A DNA stretch of 64,000 nucleotides from a virus: IMG/VR virus record IMGVR_UViG_3300033233_000009, positions 32,001 to 96,000 of that record; one strand, 5' to 3'. How positions within the stretch are numbered: the first letter of the stretch is position 1; each line of letters starts with the position of its first letter. A program made the position numbers and the translations under genes. The notes beneath the pieces were generated by a model that saw only the letters and a program-made list of their open reading frames with translations, was not told the origin of the DNA and searched no databases. This document shows positions 27,485 to 36,520 of the stretch, in pieces.

Positions 27485-28078
27485 GTGAAGCTCGACCCGA
27501 CCATCATCCTGCTCGGTGTCGGTGGCGCGCTCGTCGGCTACGGCGTCTACCACGCACTCGCGAAGCGCGGCACCGTGCCGGCGCCGCCGTGGGTCCAGCC
27601 GGATGGGAAGCCGGAAGTGACCGGGCCACCGCCGCCTGGCCTGCTGAAGTCCGAGCCGCTGATCCAGCAACTGCTCCCGAGCCTCCAGCCGATGGCGCGC
27701 GAGACGCTCCAGCGCGCGTTCAACATCGGCATCCCGCTCGTGGTGACGCAGGGCTACCGCAGCCCGGCGACGCAGGCGGCGCTCTACGCGCAGGGACGCA
27801 CCGCGCCGGGCGCGGTCGTGACCAACGCGCCGCCGGGGTGGTCGTGGCACGAGTACCGGCGCGCGTTCGACGTGGCCGTGCTGGACGCCCGCGGGAACCC
27901 GACCTGGCCAAACGACGTGGCGCTGTGGAGCCGCATCGGGCAGTGCGGGAAGGAGGCCGGCCTGGAGTGGGGAGGGGACTGGACGGGCATCATCGACCGG
28001 CCGCACTTCCAGCACACGGGCGGGATGACCATGGCGCAGGCCCGCGCGGGGCAGAGCCCCGCGTCGCTGGTGGCGTGA
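27485..28078 (+). CDS. M15 family L-Ala-D-Glu peptidase (endolysin-like) with N-terminal TM
   Basis: GYRS..Q..LYAQGRT..VTNA..SWHEY..AFDV..EWGGDW..DRPHFQ. Confidence 0.9.
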   Translation: MKLDPTIILLGVGGALVGYGVYHALAKRGTVPAPPWVQPDGKPEVTGPPPPGLLKSEPLIQQLLPSLQPMARETLQRAFNIGIPLVVTQGYRSPATQAALYAQGRTAPGAVVTNAPPGWSWHEYRRAFDVAVLDARGNPTWPNDVALWSRIGQCGKEAGLEWGGDWTGIIDRPHFQHTGGMTMAQARAGQSPASLVA

Positions 28079-28155
28079 GCGCTGGACGGCGGCTGCCGCG
28101 GAGGGGCCAGAGGCCCCTTGACCGGGGCGTGGCGGCGGTGCTACCACTGGCGCCA

Positions 28156-28755
28156 ATGGCAGACGACGACGTGCCGGCCAAGCCGGCGGCTTCCGAGCGC
28201 ATCCAGGCCCCCATGATCTTCGTGAAGGGCGGGACCACGACCGCCGCGCACGACGCCATGATGGCGAAGCAGCGCGCCGACACGGACCAGCGCCGCGCGA
28301 TTCAGGATGCGAAGTACGCTGCCACGCAGCGCGACCCCCTCGGGGCACGGATGCACAGCATGAAGCTCGGCGGGCAGGACGACCCGAAGATCGTGCTCGC
28401 GGTCAAGCACCCGAAGGACACGCTGTTCCTTGACTGGATCGTGTGCGAGATCATCCAGCACGGGCCCGACGAGCTGGTGCTCAACATGGCGTGTCCGAAG
28501 TGCCACGCGAAGAACCCTGGCCACGAACCGGACTTCAAGATCCATCAGAGCAACCGGAAGTGGTGGCTCGACCCGAACCCCCCGAAGTGGATGCGGGAGG
28601 TGGGGGCGGATCGGATCTGGCTGAACCCGCGGGACCAGAGCACGGTCGTGGTGGCGGGCAGCGTCACTACCGAGGACTGGATCCGGTGCCCCGGGCTCGG
28701 CTGCACATGGGTGTTCAAGATCGACGACTCGGTGGTTCACACCCGGGGGCCCTGA
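28156..28755 (+). CDS. Cys-containing hypothetical protein
   Basis: TTGACC promoter-like site at 28118; CPKC and CPGLGC motifs. Confidence 0.6.
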   Translation: MADDDVPAKPAASERIQAPMIFVKGGTTTAAHDAMMAKQRADTDQRRAIQDAKYAATQRDPLGARMHSMKLGGQDDPKIVLAVKHPKDTLFLDWIVCEIIQHGPDELVLNMACPKCHAKNPGHEPDFKIHQSNRKWWLDPNPPKWMREVGADRIWLNPRDQSTVVVAGSVTTEDWIRCPGLGCTWVFKIDDSVVHTRGP

Positions 28756-29135
28756 TGGCGGGCATCTTCGACCACGAGACCGAGCAGGCCACCGACGCGG
28801 CCGCGCAGGAAGCTGACAGCCAATCGGCGGACCTGATCCAGCAGGCGGTGCAGACGATGCAGGCCGTGCAGGCGAGCCTGCCGCGCGATCAGGGCATGGG
28901 CGTGTTCGCGTACGGCGCCCCGAGTGCGCCGGGCTGGCCGGCTGCGCCCCAGCCGTTCGTGCCGGCCACCCCCGTGCAGCCGATCCCAGTCCCATCGCTC
29001 TGGATGGACCCGCCGCCGCCGCACGCCGATGCGGAGTTCGCGGCGCTGGGCAAGATCCTGGACGCCCTGGCTGGCCTTCCGCCCGAGGCGCAGAAGCGGC
29101 TCGTGCGCTACCTCGCGTCGAGGTACGAGCCGTGA
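28755..29135 (+). CDS. Hypothetical protein
   Basis: TGATG overlap. Confidence 0.55.
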   Translation: MAGIFDHETEQATDAAAQEADSQSADLIQQAVQTMQAVQASLPRDQGMGVFAYGAPSAPGWPAAPQPFVPATPVQPIPVPSLWMDPPPPHADAEFAALGKILDALAGLPPEAQKRLVRYLASRYEP

Positions 29136-29259
29136 CGGCTTGTGCTACCTTGCTCTGCAAGGCGTGGCGGCTCAATGGGTCCCCCCCCTCCTGTTGCCTG
29201 TCGCGCCCAGCCTGTCCGTCGGGGAACCCCTGGCGGGCAGGCGCTTTGGGGGGAAGACG

Positions 29260-29502
29260 GTGAGCGCGCGGGAGCCGCCTGCGTGGCTGGAGGCGCTGGA
29301 CACCGTGTTCTTCGGCATCGACTGGGCGGTGCTACTCGCGACGGTGGCCTTCGTGGTGCACGCGCTCGGCTGGAAGTCGCTGCCGGTCGTGTTCCTGCCG
29401 CTGTTCTGCGCGTACTCGGTGGGCAAGCGGCTTGCGACCGACAAGTGGATGCGGGCGATGGACGCGAAGGTCGCCGAGCTGAAGAAGCGGGAGGAGCGGT
29501 GA
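29260..29502 (+). CDS. Small 2-TM membrane protein (holin candidate, weak)
   Basis: Two hydrophobic segments, charged C-terminus. Confidence 0.4.
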   Translation: MSAREPPAWLEALDTVFFGIDWAVLLATVAFVVHALGWKSLPVVFLPLFCAYSVGKRLATDKWMRAMDAKVAELKKREER

Positions 29503-29738
29503 TTGCGCGCAAGCGCAAGAAGGCGCCGCGAGCGCGCCTCGTGGTGAAGACGCCGGTGCGGTTCCGGGTGCACGCGATCATCAGCGAGAAGGTCGAGCAG
29601 GGTGTGCGCTACGGGTACAGCCGCGCGCACAAGCACACGAACACGCCGAACGCGGAGGCGTTCACCGAAGCCATCGAGCAGGCCGTCATGGACGCGCTGT
29701 CGGAGGTGATCGACTTCGAGCCGGAGTTCGACGAGTGA
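29499..29738 (+). CDS. Hypothetical phage protein
   Basis: GGAGGAG RBS, GTGA overlap. Confidence 0.55.
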   Translation: MIARKRKKAPRARLVVKTPVRFRVHAIISEKVEQGVRYGYSRAHKHTNTPNAEAFTEAIEQAVMDALSEVIDFEPEFDE

Positions 29739-29797
29739 AGACATCCGCGCGGCAGGCCCTTGCGTGCCCACCGAGCAGGTGTTATAGCGTCTGTACG

Positions 29798-30004
29798 ATG
29801 AAACAACGGTGGACGGCCGCGCGCGTACAGGCGGCCCGGAAGCGCCTGGCGCTGACGCAGGAGCAGTTTGCAGGGCTGCTCGGGGTCACGTTCGCGACGG
29901 TCAATCGCTGGGAAGCCGGCCACTCCTCGCCGAGGGGGCTGTCCGTGCGGGCGCTGGATGCGCTGGCGATGCCGGGCGACGCCGGCAGCGGGAAGGGGCG
30001 GTAG
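29798..30004 (+). CDS. XRE-family helix-turn-helix regulator
   Basis: RKRLALTQEQFAGLLGVTFATVNRWEAG; upstream TTGCGT-N17-TATAGC. Confidence 0.9.
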   Translation: MKQRWTAARVQAARKRLALTQEQFAGLLGVTFATVNRWEAGHSSPRGLSVRALDALAMPGDAGSGKGR

Positions 30005-30055
30005 GGGCAGTGCGGGCGACCCACGAGGCCGTGCAAGGGGCGCCGCCGAACTGAC

Positions 30056-30442
30056 ATGACGGACTTCGGAGGCATGGGCGGCGTGCAGGGCGGCCGACCG
30101 CGGAACCCGGACGACCCGTTCGAGGCGGCGGTGGAGCGGGCGCTCGGCGAGCGGCTGCGCAAGGAACATGTCGGAGTGCCGCGCCTCGGCTGGTACGAGG
30201 GCAGGGCCATCGGCAATCGCCTGTGGGGCTCGCTCGCGAACGTGGACTGGACGCACGAGAACGGCGACACGGCGAGCTACTCGTTGCGGGCGGCCGGCGA
30301 CCTGATCGCGGCCATCGTCGGCGAGGGCGACTACATGACCTACTACTGCTCCGCGGAGCACGGCGTCATCGACGAGGAGATCGCCGATGCGATGGCGCGC
30401 GAGGGCTGGACGGCGAGCGTGATGGAGGCGGAGGGAACATGA
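30056..30442 (+). CDS. Hypothetical protein
   Basis: Coherent ORF overlapping the next start. Confidence 0.6.
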   Translation: MTDFGGMGGVQGGRPRNPDDPFEAAVERALGERLRKEHVGVPRLGWYEGRAIGNRLWGSLANVDWTHENGDTASYSLRAAGDLIAAIVGEGDYMTYYCSAEHGVIDEEIADAMAREGWTASVMEAEGT

Positions 30443-30720
30443 GCGTCACGACGATCACTGGGCTGTTGCTCGCTGCCGCGTGGGGTTGGTTGGGCTACCG
30501 CCACGGGCGACGGAGCGGCATCCGGGCCGAGCGGCTGCGCGTGCTCTACGGCATGGACGTCGCCTTGAACCTCCTGTCGAGCCCGGCGCTCCACTACCTG
30601 AACGGCTGGATTCGCGGGGACATCGACGAGGACTATCTCCGCGCCGGGGTCCGCGACTACGCGAAGCGGAAGCAGGAGAAGCACGAGGCGGAGCGCAAGC
30701 AGTGGAGGGGGCCACTATGA
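30439..30720 (+). CDS. Small protein with N-terminal TM
   Basis: ATGA overlaps at both ends. Confidence 0.55.
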   Translation: MSVTTITGLLLAAAWGWLGYRHGRRSGIRAERLRVLYGMDVALNLLSSPALHYLNGWIRGDIDEDYLRAGVRDYAKRKQEKHEAERKQWRGPL

Positions 30721-31112
30721 GCCCGACTGCTGCCGCTGAGGCCGCGGAGCTACGCGCCGCCGAGCTAGCGCTCGGGAACCTGCCCGAGCGAGCGCTCACG
30801 CTGCTGTACCGCTCGCTCGTGCAGAACCGCCACCTGAGCCCGCTGGAGCACCCGGCCCGGCCGATGACCGAGTGGGAGCTGGACGCCTTCCGTCAGGTCG
30901 AGGCGGAGTTCTTCACGCCGGACGGCACGCGCACGCTGCGCGTTGCCCCGGCCTTCGTGGACGCGGTGAACGCCGGGAACGTCCCTGTGCGACTGACGGG
31001 CACGCCTCGGGATGTCTACTACTGCGGAAATTACAACGGCTGGGTCCAGCTACGGAAGCTGATCCCCGGCGAAGCGGTGTACGTGGACACGGAAAGAAAG
31101 GATCGAACATGA
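30717..31112 (+). pseudogene. Stand-alone fragment homologous to the C-terminal part of ThyX
   Basis: HLSPLEHPARPMT..GNYNGWVQLRKLIPGE vs HLSPLEHVARPMT..GNYDGWVQHRKLVPGE in 36517-37764. Confidence 0.65.
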
Positions 31113-33226
31113 AACGTCGAACGTCCCAAGCATTGGTCGGTATCTGGACTGGATTCGCACGGCCGCCCGTGGAGGGGGCCGCTCTGGTGCGGCGAGAGCT
31201 GGAGAAGGCGCACGACTACTACAACCAGATCGTGCAGTTGGAGCTGGACAGGCGGACCCTGTACCGCGCTGCGCGCGGGACGGTCGGGGAGACCCTCACC
31301 GCCCTCCAGGCGGAGATGGACGCGCTGAACGAGAAGATCACGGCGGAGGTCGGCGGCCTGCGCGCAGTGCGCCAGGCGGCGCGGACGCGCGTCGAGGATC
31401 CCGCGGCGAGTGCCAGGATCAAGGCGGTGAAGGAGGAGCGGCGGGCGCTCGCCGAGCGGCTCAAGGCGGCGCGCGCGGAGGCCGAGAAGGTCTACGGGCC
31501 GGGCAACGAGGAGCTGAGCCAGCGGAGCGCCCGTCTGGCGGAGGGGAACACGGCGTCGCGCATCCGGGAGAAGACGAACCGCGCGGCGCTGGAGGAAATG
31601 CTCACGGAGCCGGAGTGGGCTGACGAGTGGAAGATGGTCGCGCGGATCAATCACGACGCGAACGAGGTGAAGAAGCAGATCCGGGCCGCCTGTGGCCTCA
31701 CCCCCGGCACGTACCTGCTGGTCGAGAAAGCGGTCGAGGCTGCGTTCGCGCCGCCGCCGAAGGGGCGGCCGCCGCGGCCCGACCCGCGCCCGAAGGAGCG
31801 GTTCATCGGCGAGGGGCGCCTCGGTGTGCAGGTGCACCGGCTGCCGGTGGCAGACCTGCTGGCGGGTCGCAACGGGCAGATCGCCCTGCGCATGAGCGAC
31901 CGGCTCCCGAACGGAGCGAAGGCGGCGCAGCGGTACGGCACGCTGCGCATGCGGGTCACCACCGACGGTCAGTACGCCGAGTTCCCGGTGAAGCTCCACC
32001 GGCCACTGCCGCAGGACGGGTTCATCACGCAAATCTGGATCCGCGCAGAGCGGCAAGGACCGCGGACGCTGTATTCGCTCCAGTGCGTCGTGGAGTCGCC
32101 GCAGTGGGCGAAGCCTGGCCCGGTCGAGGGTGCCGGGACGATTGCCATTGACACCGGCTGGCGCGTCATGGATGGCGGCATCCGGGTGGCCTACTGGATG
32201 GACGACCACGGGCGGCACGGGCAGCTCCTCGTCCCGGAGGGGGTGCGGAAGGCGATCGACTACGCCGACGTGCTGCGCGGCCGGGCGGACGATCACTTCA
32301 ACGCCGCGTGCGCGGAGTTGCGCGCGTGGATGGTCGCCAACCCGGGGCACGTCCCGGCCTGGATGCAAGCCGCGACGGCGACGATGCCGTACTGGCGCGC
32401 GCACGGGAATCTCATCCGGGTGGCCCGGCGGCTGGGGGCCGACCACGGCCTGTGGAAGCAGTGGCGCATCGACCGGAAGGCGGCGGGGCTCGACCTGTTC
32501 GGCACGTTCGCGGAGGTGAGCGCGTGGCTCCAGCAGAGGCATGCCGCGACGACGGCCCCCGTCCACCCGCTCATGCAGATCGCCGTCTACCTGGAGTGGT
32601 GGCGGCGGAAGGACGCGCACCTCTACGACTGGGAGATCCGCGAGCGGCGCTACGCCGAGAACGCGCGGACCGAGATGTTCCGCAAGGTCTGCCAGGTCGC
32701 CCGGCAGTACGAGCACGTGCTGGTCGAGAAGATCGACCTGCCGAAGTTCGCCAAGAACGCCTCGGCCGAGGAGAAGGTGAACCGGGACTGGCTGCACCGG
32801 GTGGCGCGCATCGCATCGCCCGGCGACCTCGCCGCACGGCTCATGGAGACGTGCAAGGGGCAGGCGGAGAAGATGGCGCCGCACAACAACACGCGCACGT
32901 GCCACAAGTGCGGTCACGTGAACAATGCGTGGGAGCGGCAGGCGGATAGGGTCCAGACCTGCGCGGGGTGTGCGGCGAGCTGGGACCAGGACGAGAACGC
33001 TTGCCGGGTGATGCTGGCGCTGTGGCACGGGCATGCGCCCGGTGGCGAGCGCGAGCGGTCGGGTGATGCACCGACCACGGCACCCGCTCGCAGCGCGGAA
33101 AACAAGCCCGCTCGCAGCGGGGAAGTGGCAGATCGGCAGCCCACGGGGTCTTCCGATCTGGGGCGCCCGAGGGACCGCTCGCAAGGCGGTCGCCAAGGGC
33201 CCGAAAGGATAGCAGGGCCCGGATGA
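31109..33226 (+). CDS. cas12m: Compact type V CRISPR effector (~705 aa), Cas12m/V-U1-like, TnpB-derived
   Basis: RFIGEGRLGVQ, LHRPLP, RuvC-I IAIDTGWR, RuvC-II VLVEKIDL, Zn finger CHKC..CAGC, RuvC-III WDQDENA; directly adjacent to the CRISPR array. Confidence 0.8.
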   Translation: MKRRTSQALVGIWTGFARPPVEGAALVRRELEKAHDYYNQIVQLELDRRTLYRAARGTVGETLTALQAEMDALNEKITAEVGGLRAVRQAARTRVEDPAASARIKAVKEERRALAERLKAARAEAEKVYGPGNEELSQRSARLAEGNTASRIREKTNRAALEEMLTEPEWADEWKMVARINHDANEVKKQIRAACGLTPGTYLLVEKAVEAAFAPPPKGRPPRPDPRPKERFIGEGRLGVQVHRLPVADLLAGRNGQIALRMSDRLPNGAKAAQRYGTLRMRVTTDGQYAEFPVKLHRPLPQDGFITQIWIRAERQGPRTLYSLQCVVESPQWAKPGPVEGAGTIAIDTGWRVMDGGIRVAYWMDDHGRHGQLLVPEGVRKAIDYADVLRGRADDHFNAACAELRAWMVANPGHVPAWMQAATATMPYWRAHGNLIRVARRLGADHGLWKQWRIDRKAAGLDLFGTFAEVSAWLQQRHAATTAPVHPLMQIAVYLEWWRRKDAHLYDWEIRERRYAENARTEMFRKVCQVARQYEHVLVEKIDLPKFAKNASAEEKVNRDWLHRVARIASPGDLAARLMETCKGQAEKMAPHNNTRTCHKCGHVNNAWERQADRVQTCAGCAASWDQDENACRVMLALWHGHAPGGERERSGDAPTTAPARSAENKPARSGEVADRQPTGSSDLGRPRDRSQGGRQGPERIAGPG

Positions 33227-33229
33227 CGG

Positions 33230-34886
33230 GTCGCCAAGGCAGCGCGGGGCCTTCGACGCCGCGACCCGCGCGTCCGTCCATGCGTAGTGCGCGCCGCTGG
33301 GTCGCCAAGGCAGCGCGGGGCCTTCGACGCCGCGACCCGCTGCCGCTCGCCGGGGCCGGCTCGGAGGAGCTGCCGTCGCCAAGGCAGCGCGGGGCCTTCG
33401 ACGCCGCGACGCGCGATCGACGTCCTTCCGCGCGGCCTCCACCTTGTCGCCAAGGCAGCGCGGGGCCTTCGACGCCGCGACTGTGCGCCCGTTAGTCTAC
33501 TCCATGCGCCTCCGGCGGTCGCCAAGGCAGCGCGGGGCCTTCGACGCCGCGACTGGCGGCCCGCCTCCCTCCGGTGCGGTGCGCTCCGGGTCGCCAAGGC
33601 AGCGCGGGGCCTTCGACGCCGCGACAACGAGGCGCCGCCCGACGGCATCGACGACATCGCGGAGGAGGTCGCCAAGGCAGCGCGGGGCCTTCGACGCCGC
33701 GACTGGGGCAGGGAGCCGGATCGGGTGTATGCTTGGGCTTGGGTCGCCAAGGCAGCGCGGGGCCTTCGACGCCGCGACTGCTCTCTCTCTCTCCTTCTCT
33801 ATTTTTCTCCTCTCTCTGTCGCCAAGGCAGCGCGGGGCCTTCGACGCCGCGACGCGTGCTCCGTGTCGGGGGACGGCTCCTCCGTTGCGTCAAGTCGCCA
33901 AGGCAGCGCGGGGCCTTCGACGCCGCGACGACAGGCGCTTCGGGAGCACATGATTCGCGAGCTGGGTCGCCAAGGCAGCGCGGGGCCTTCGACGCCGCGA
34001 CAAGCCGGTTTGGTCCTCCCGGCTGGCGGCCCTGCTCGGGTCGCCAAGGCAGCGCGGGGCCTTCGACGCCGCGACCTTTCCTGTTGGTGCGACGGGCACG
34101 GAGACCCGTCCAGTCGCCAAGGCAGCGCGGGGCCTTCGACGCCGCGACCTCCCGTGGACAGCCCCGTGTGCTTGGCAACTTCGAGGTCGCCAAGGCAGCG
34201 CGGGGCCTTCGACGCCGCGACTAGTCGCTCGGCTGCAGCAGCAAGTCGGAGAGGACGACGGTCGCCAAGGCAGCGCGGGGCCTTCGACGCCGCGACCTCG
34301 CAACATGCAGAGGGTCAGGGGACGCCCCTCGCCGAGGGTCGCCAAGGCAGCGCGGGGCCTTCGACGCCGCGACTATCCGCTCCGCCCGATCAGACGCTGC
34401 GCCCGTCGGAGTCGCCAAGGCAGCGCGGGGCCTTCGACGCCGCGACGAGATCCTCGGCGAGCAAGACCCGGTGGCCCCTCACCAGTCGCCAAGGCAGCGC
34501 GGGGCCTTCGACGCCGCGACCATCCCGCCCTGGAGTGAGTCCGACCTGCGCCACAAGGTCGCCAAGGCAGCGCGGGGCCTTCGACGCCGCGACGAGCACG
34601 CCGTCGGTGAAGAGGCGGATTTCTACTTCGTCGCCAAGGCAGCGCGGGGCCTTCGACGCCGCGACCGAGGGTCCGAGTGGAGCTGGGGTCGCTGATGCCG
34701 GAGTCGCCAAGGCAGCGCGGGGCCTTCGACGCCGCGACCGGGGCTGGATACTGTGACAATCGCCCGGGCAGCAATGCATGTCGCCAAGGCAGCGCGGGGC
34801 CTTCGACGCCGCGACCCGTGCTTGCCGACGAGGATGCGGCGCGCGTCGGAGTCGCCAAGGCAGCGCGGGGCCTTCGACGCCGCGAC
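33230..34886 (+). CRISPR. CRISPR array: 23 x 36-bp repeat GTCGCCAAGGCAGCGCGGGGCCTTCGACGCCGCGAC, 22 spacers of 35-42 bp
   Basis: Counted directly; repeats appear identical; begins 3 nt after the effector stop; + orientation inferred from the 3' GAC and gene direction. Confidence 0.98.
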
Positions 34887-34910
34887 TGGTAAGCGCTGGC
34901 GGGGGGCGCC

Positions 34911-34939
34911 TTGACGCCGGTGCTGCCACCGGCTAAGGT
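34911..34939 (+). promoter_or_regulatory. Promoter TTGACG-N17-TAAGGT (leaderless)
   Basis: ATG 34946 lies 6 nt after the -10. Confidence 0.6.
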
Positions 34940-34945
34940 GCCGCC

Positions 34946-35155
34946 ATGTACCGTGACTTCGGGGAGAACATCCAATTCCCGCGTGGCGTCGCCGCAGAGG
35001 TCGAGAACCGGGCCGACGACGCGATCGTGCGCCTGTGCTTCACGACCCTGGAGCAAGGGGAGGCATGCGTGCAGACGCTGCGTGAGGCCGCCGACCGGAT
35101 GGAGAAGGAGCTGACGCTGTGGCGGAAGGCCCAGAGCGAGGGGAAGTGGCTGTGA
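34946..35155 (+). CDS. Hypothetical protein
   Basis: Follows the promoter; overlaps the next start. Confidence 0.55.
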   Translation: MYRDFGENIQFPRGVAAEVENRADDAIVRLCFTTLEQGEACVQTLREAADRMEKELTLWRKAQSEGKWL

Positions 35156-35349
35156 AGCTCGTCGAACGCTGGCCACTCACGATCCTTTACCTGCTGCTCC
35201 TCGGAGTGACGGCGGTTCTCGGAAGCGTCTTCGCGGCGATACTGTGGAAGCTGGGCCCGTGGTGGACCGGAGGGGGCCTGGTCGTCTCGATGTTCTGTGC
35301 GTTCGTGGAGATCGACCGACGGGCGCAGCGGCGAGGAGGACGGCGATGA
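35152..35349 (+). CDS. Small 2-TM protein
   Basis: Hydrophobic; coupled junctions. Confidence 0.5.
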   Translation: MKLVERWPLTILYLLLLGVTAVLGSVFAAILWKLGPWWTGGGLVVSMFCAFVEIDRRAQRRGGRR

Positions 35350-35615
35350 CTGAGGTTACTCTCCTCTGGAGCTTGGCATGCATCTTCACGGGGCTCGCAT
35401 GGTACCGGTACGGGCTTCGTAAAGGCCGCCGAGAGGTCCGCGATGCCGCGCTGACGGCCATCGTCTCCGCGCTGCACGAGGTGCGGACGAGAGAGGCAGT
35501 CGCGACGGTCGGCAGCCTCTACCGGGTCGTCGATGGCGAGTGGACCGACGAGCAGATGCGGGATCAGATACGGGCGATACAGTCGGAAACACGGGAGATC
35601 GGGAGGCAGCGATGA
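35346..35615 (+). CDS. Small N-terminal TM protein
   Basis: Similar layout to 30439-30720. Confidence 0.5.
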   Translation: MTEVTLLWSLACIFTGLAWYRYGLRKGRREVRDAALTAIVSALHEVRTREAVATVGSLYRVVDGEWTDEQMRDQIRAIQSETREIGRQR

Positions 35616-35917
35616 GGGGCTTGGCGTTAGGTCTGTTCAGCGTGCTCGGGGTCGTGATCATCGGGTCCATGGTCGTTGGAGTCCACGAACTGCTCGACCG
35701 CCTTGCGCGCGACGCGGCCGGCTCCTGCTGGGTGGACCCGCGCCCCGAAGTGCGACTCGACTTCGACTTCTACACCGGCATCGACGGGCAGCTGTCGCGC
35801 TGCGGGTACTCGCGGGGCACGCTGGGTAGGGCGCAAGCCATCGCTGGAGATCCGCGTGAGGGCTTCGTCGATGTCGTCCGCTGCTACCCGCTCGCCAGGA
35901 AGGAGTGCCCGAAGTGA
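35612..35917 (+). CDS. Small membrane or secreted protein
   Basis: N-terminal TM, Cys residues. Confidence 0.5.
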   Translation: MRGLALGLFSVLGVVIIGSMVVGVHELLDRLARDAAGSCWVDPRPEVRLDFDFYTGIDGQLSRCGYSRGTLGRAQAIAGDPREGFVDVVRCYPLARKECPK

Positions 35918-36162
35918 AGGTCGCGCTGAACATCGTGCTGTTCTCGGCATTCATCTTTCTCGGCTTCATGCTCGGGCGCGTCCACGAGATGAATGACCAC
36001 GCCGAGCGTGACGTGAAGGAGTGCTTCGCTTGCGGTCAGACGCAGGCGTGCGCATTCGGTCCCGGCATCGTTGGCGTGCAGTCGTGCGAGGTCGGCTACA
36101 AGTGGGGCCGCTGCGAGCCGGACCCGCGGTTCAAGGTGCCGCGCGAAGGAGAGGTCAAGTGA
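35914..36162 (+). CDS. Small Cys-rich membrane protein
   Basis: TM then C..C....C..GVQSC..WGRC. Confidence 0.5.
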   Translation: MKVALNIVLFSAFIFLGFMLGRVHEMNDHAERDVKECFACGQTQACAFGPGIVGVQSCEVGYKWGRCEPDPRFKVPREGEVK

Positions 36163-36238
36163 CCCAGACCGAAGAAGAAGCCACGCAGAAGTACGCGCGT
36201 GAACTGGACGTGCGAACCGTCGGGAGCATCCGGTACTG

Positions 36239-36520
36239 ATGCGCGAGCGAACGATCCTCGCGCCAGGTGCCTACGCGGTGCCGCTGGCGGACTACCCGAA
36301 GTGCAAGCACTGCGGCGCGCTCAAGTACGCGGTCTTCGACGCGTCGCCCGGCGGCTTCAGCGGCGGCTCGGAGCACATCCACGCCCCGCACTGCCCCGAG
36401 CTTCGGTGCGAGCACGGCGTCCTCTGGGCCTACGAGTGCGAGAAGTGCGAGGCCGCGGACGAGGCACGCAGGAAGCAGGAAGCGGAGTTGTCCCGGTTCC
36501 GGGACGAGGAGTACCAATGA
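36239..36520 (+). CDS. Zinc-finger-like hypothetical protein
   Basis: CKHC, CEHG, CEKC. Confidence 0.5.
   Translation: MRERTILAPGAYAVPLADYPKCKHCGALKYAVFDASPGGFSGGSEHIHAPHCPELRCEHGVLWAYECEKCEAADEARRKQEAELSRFRDEEYQ

Noticed and set aside
30872-31108. 79-aa N-terminal extension of the Cas ORF in the track
   Set aside because: Overlaps the upstream gene; ATG 31109 has an AAGGA RBS and an ATGA coupling
31109-33226. IS200/IS605 transposon TnpB
   Set aside because: Much longer than typical TnpB, no tnpA nearby, and directly linked to a CRISPR array
33223-35176. Long ORFs on both strands across the CRISPR array
   Set aside because: Translations are just the stop-free repeat in different frames
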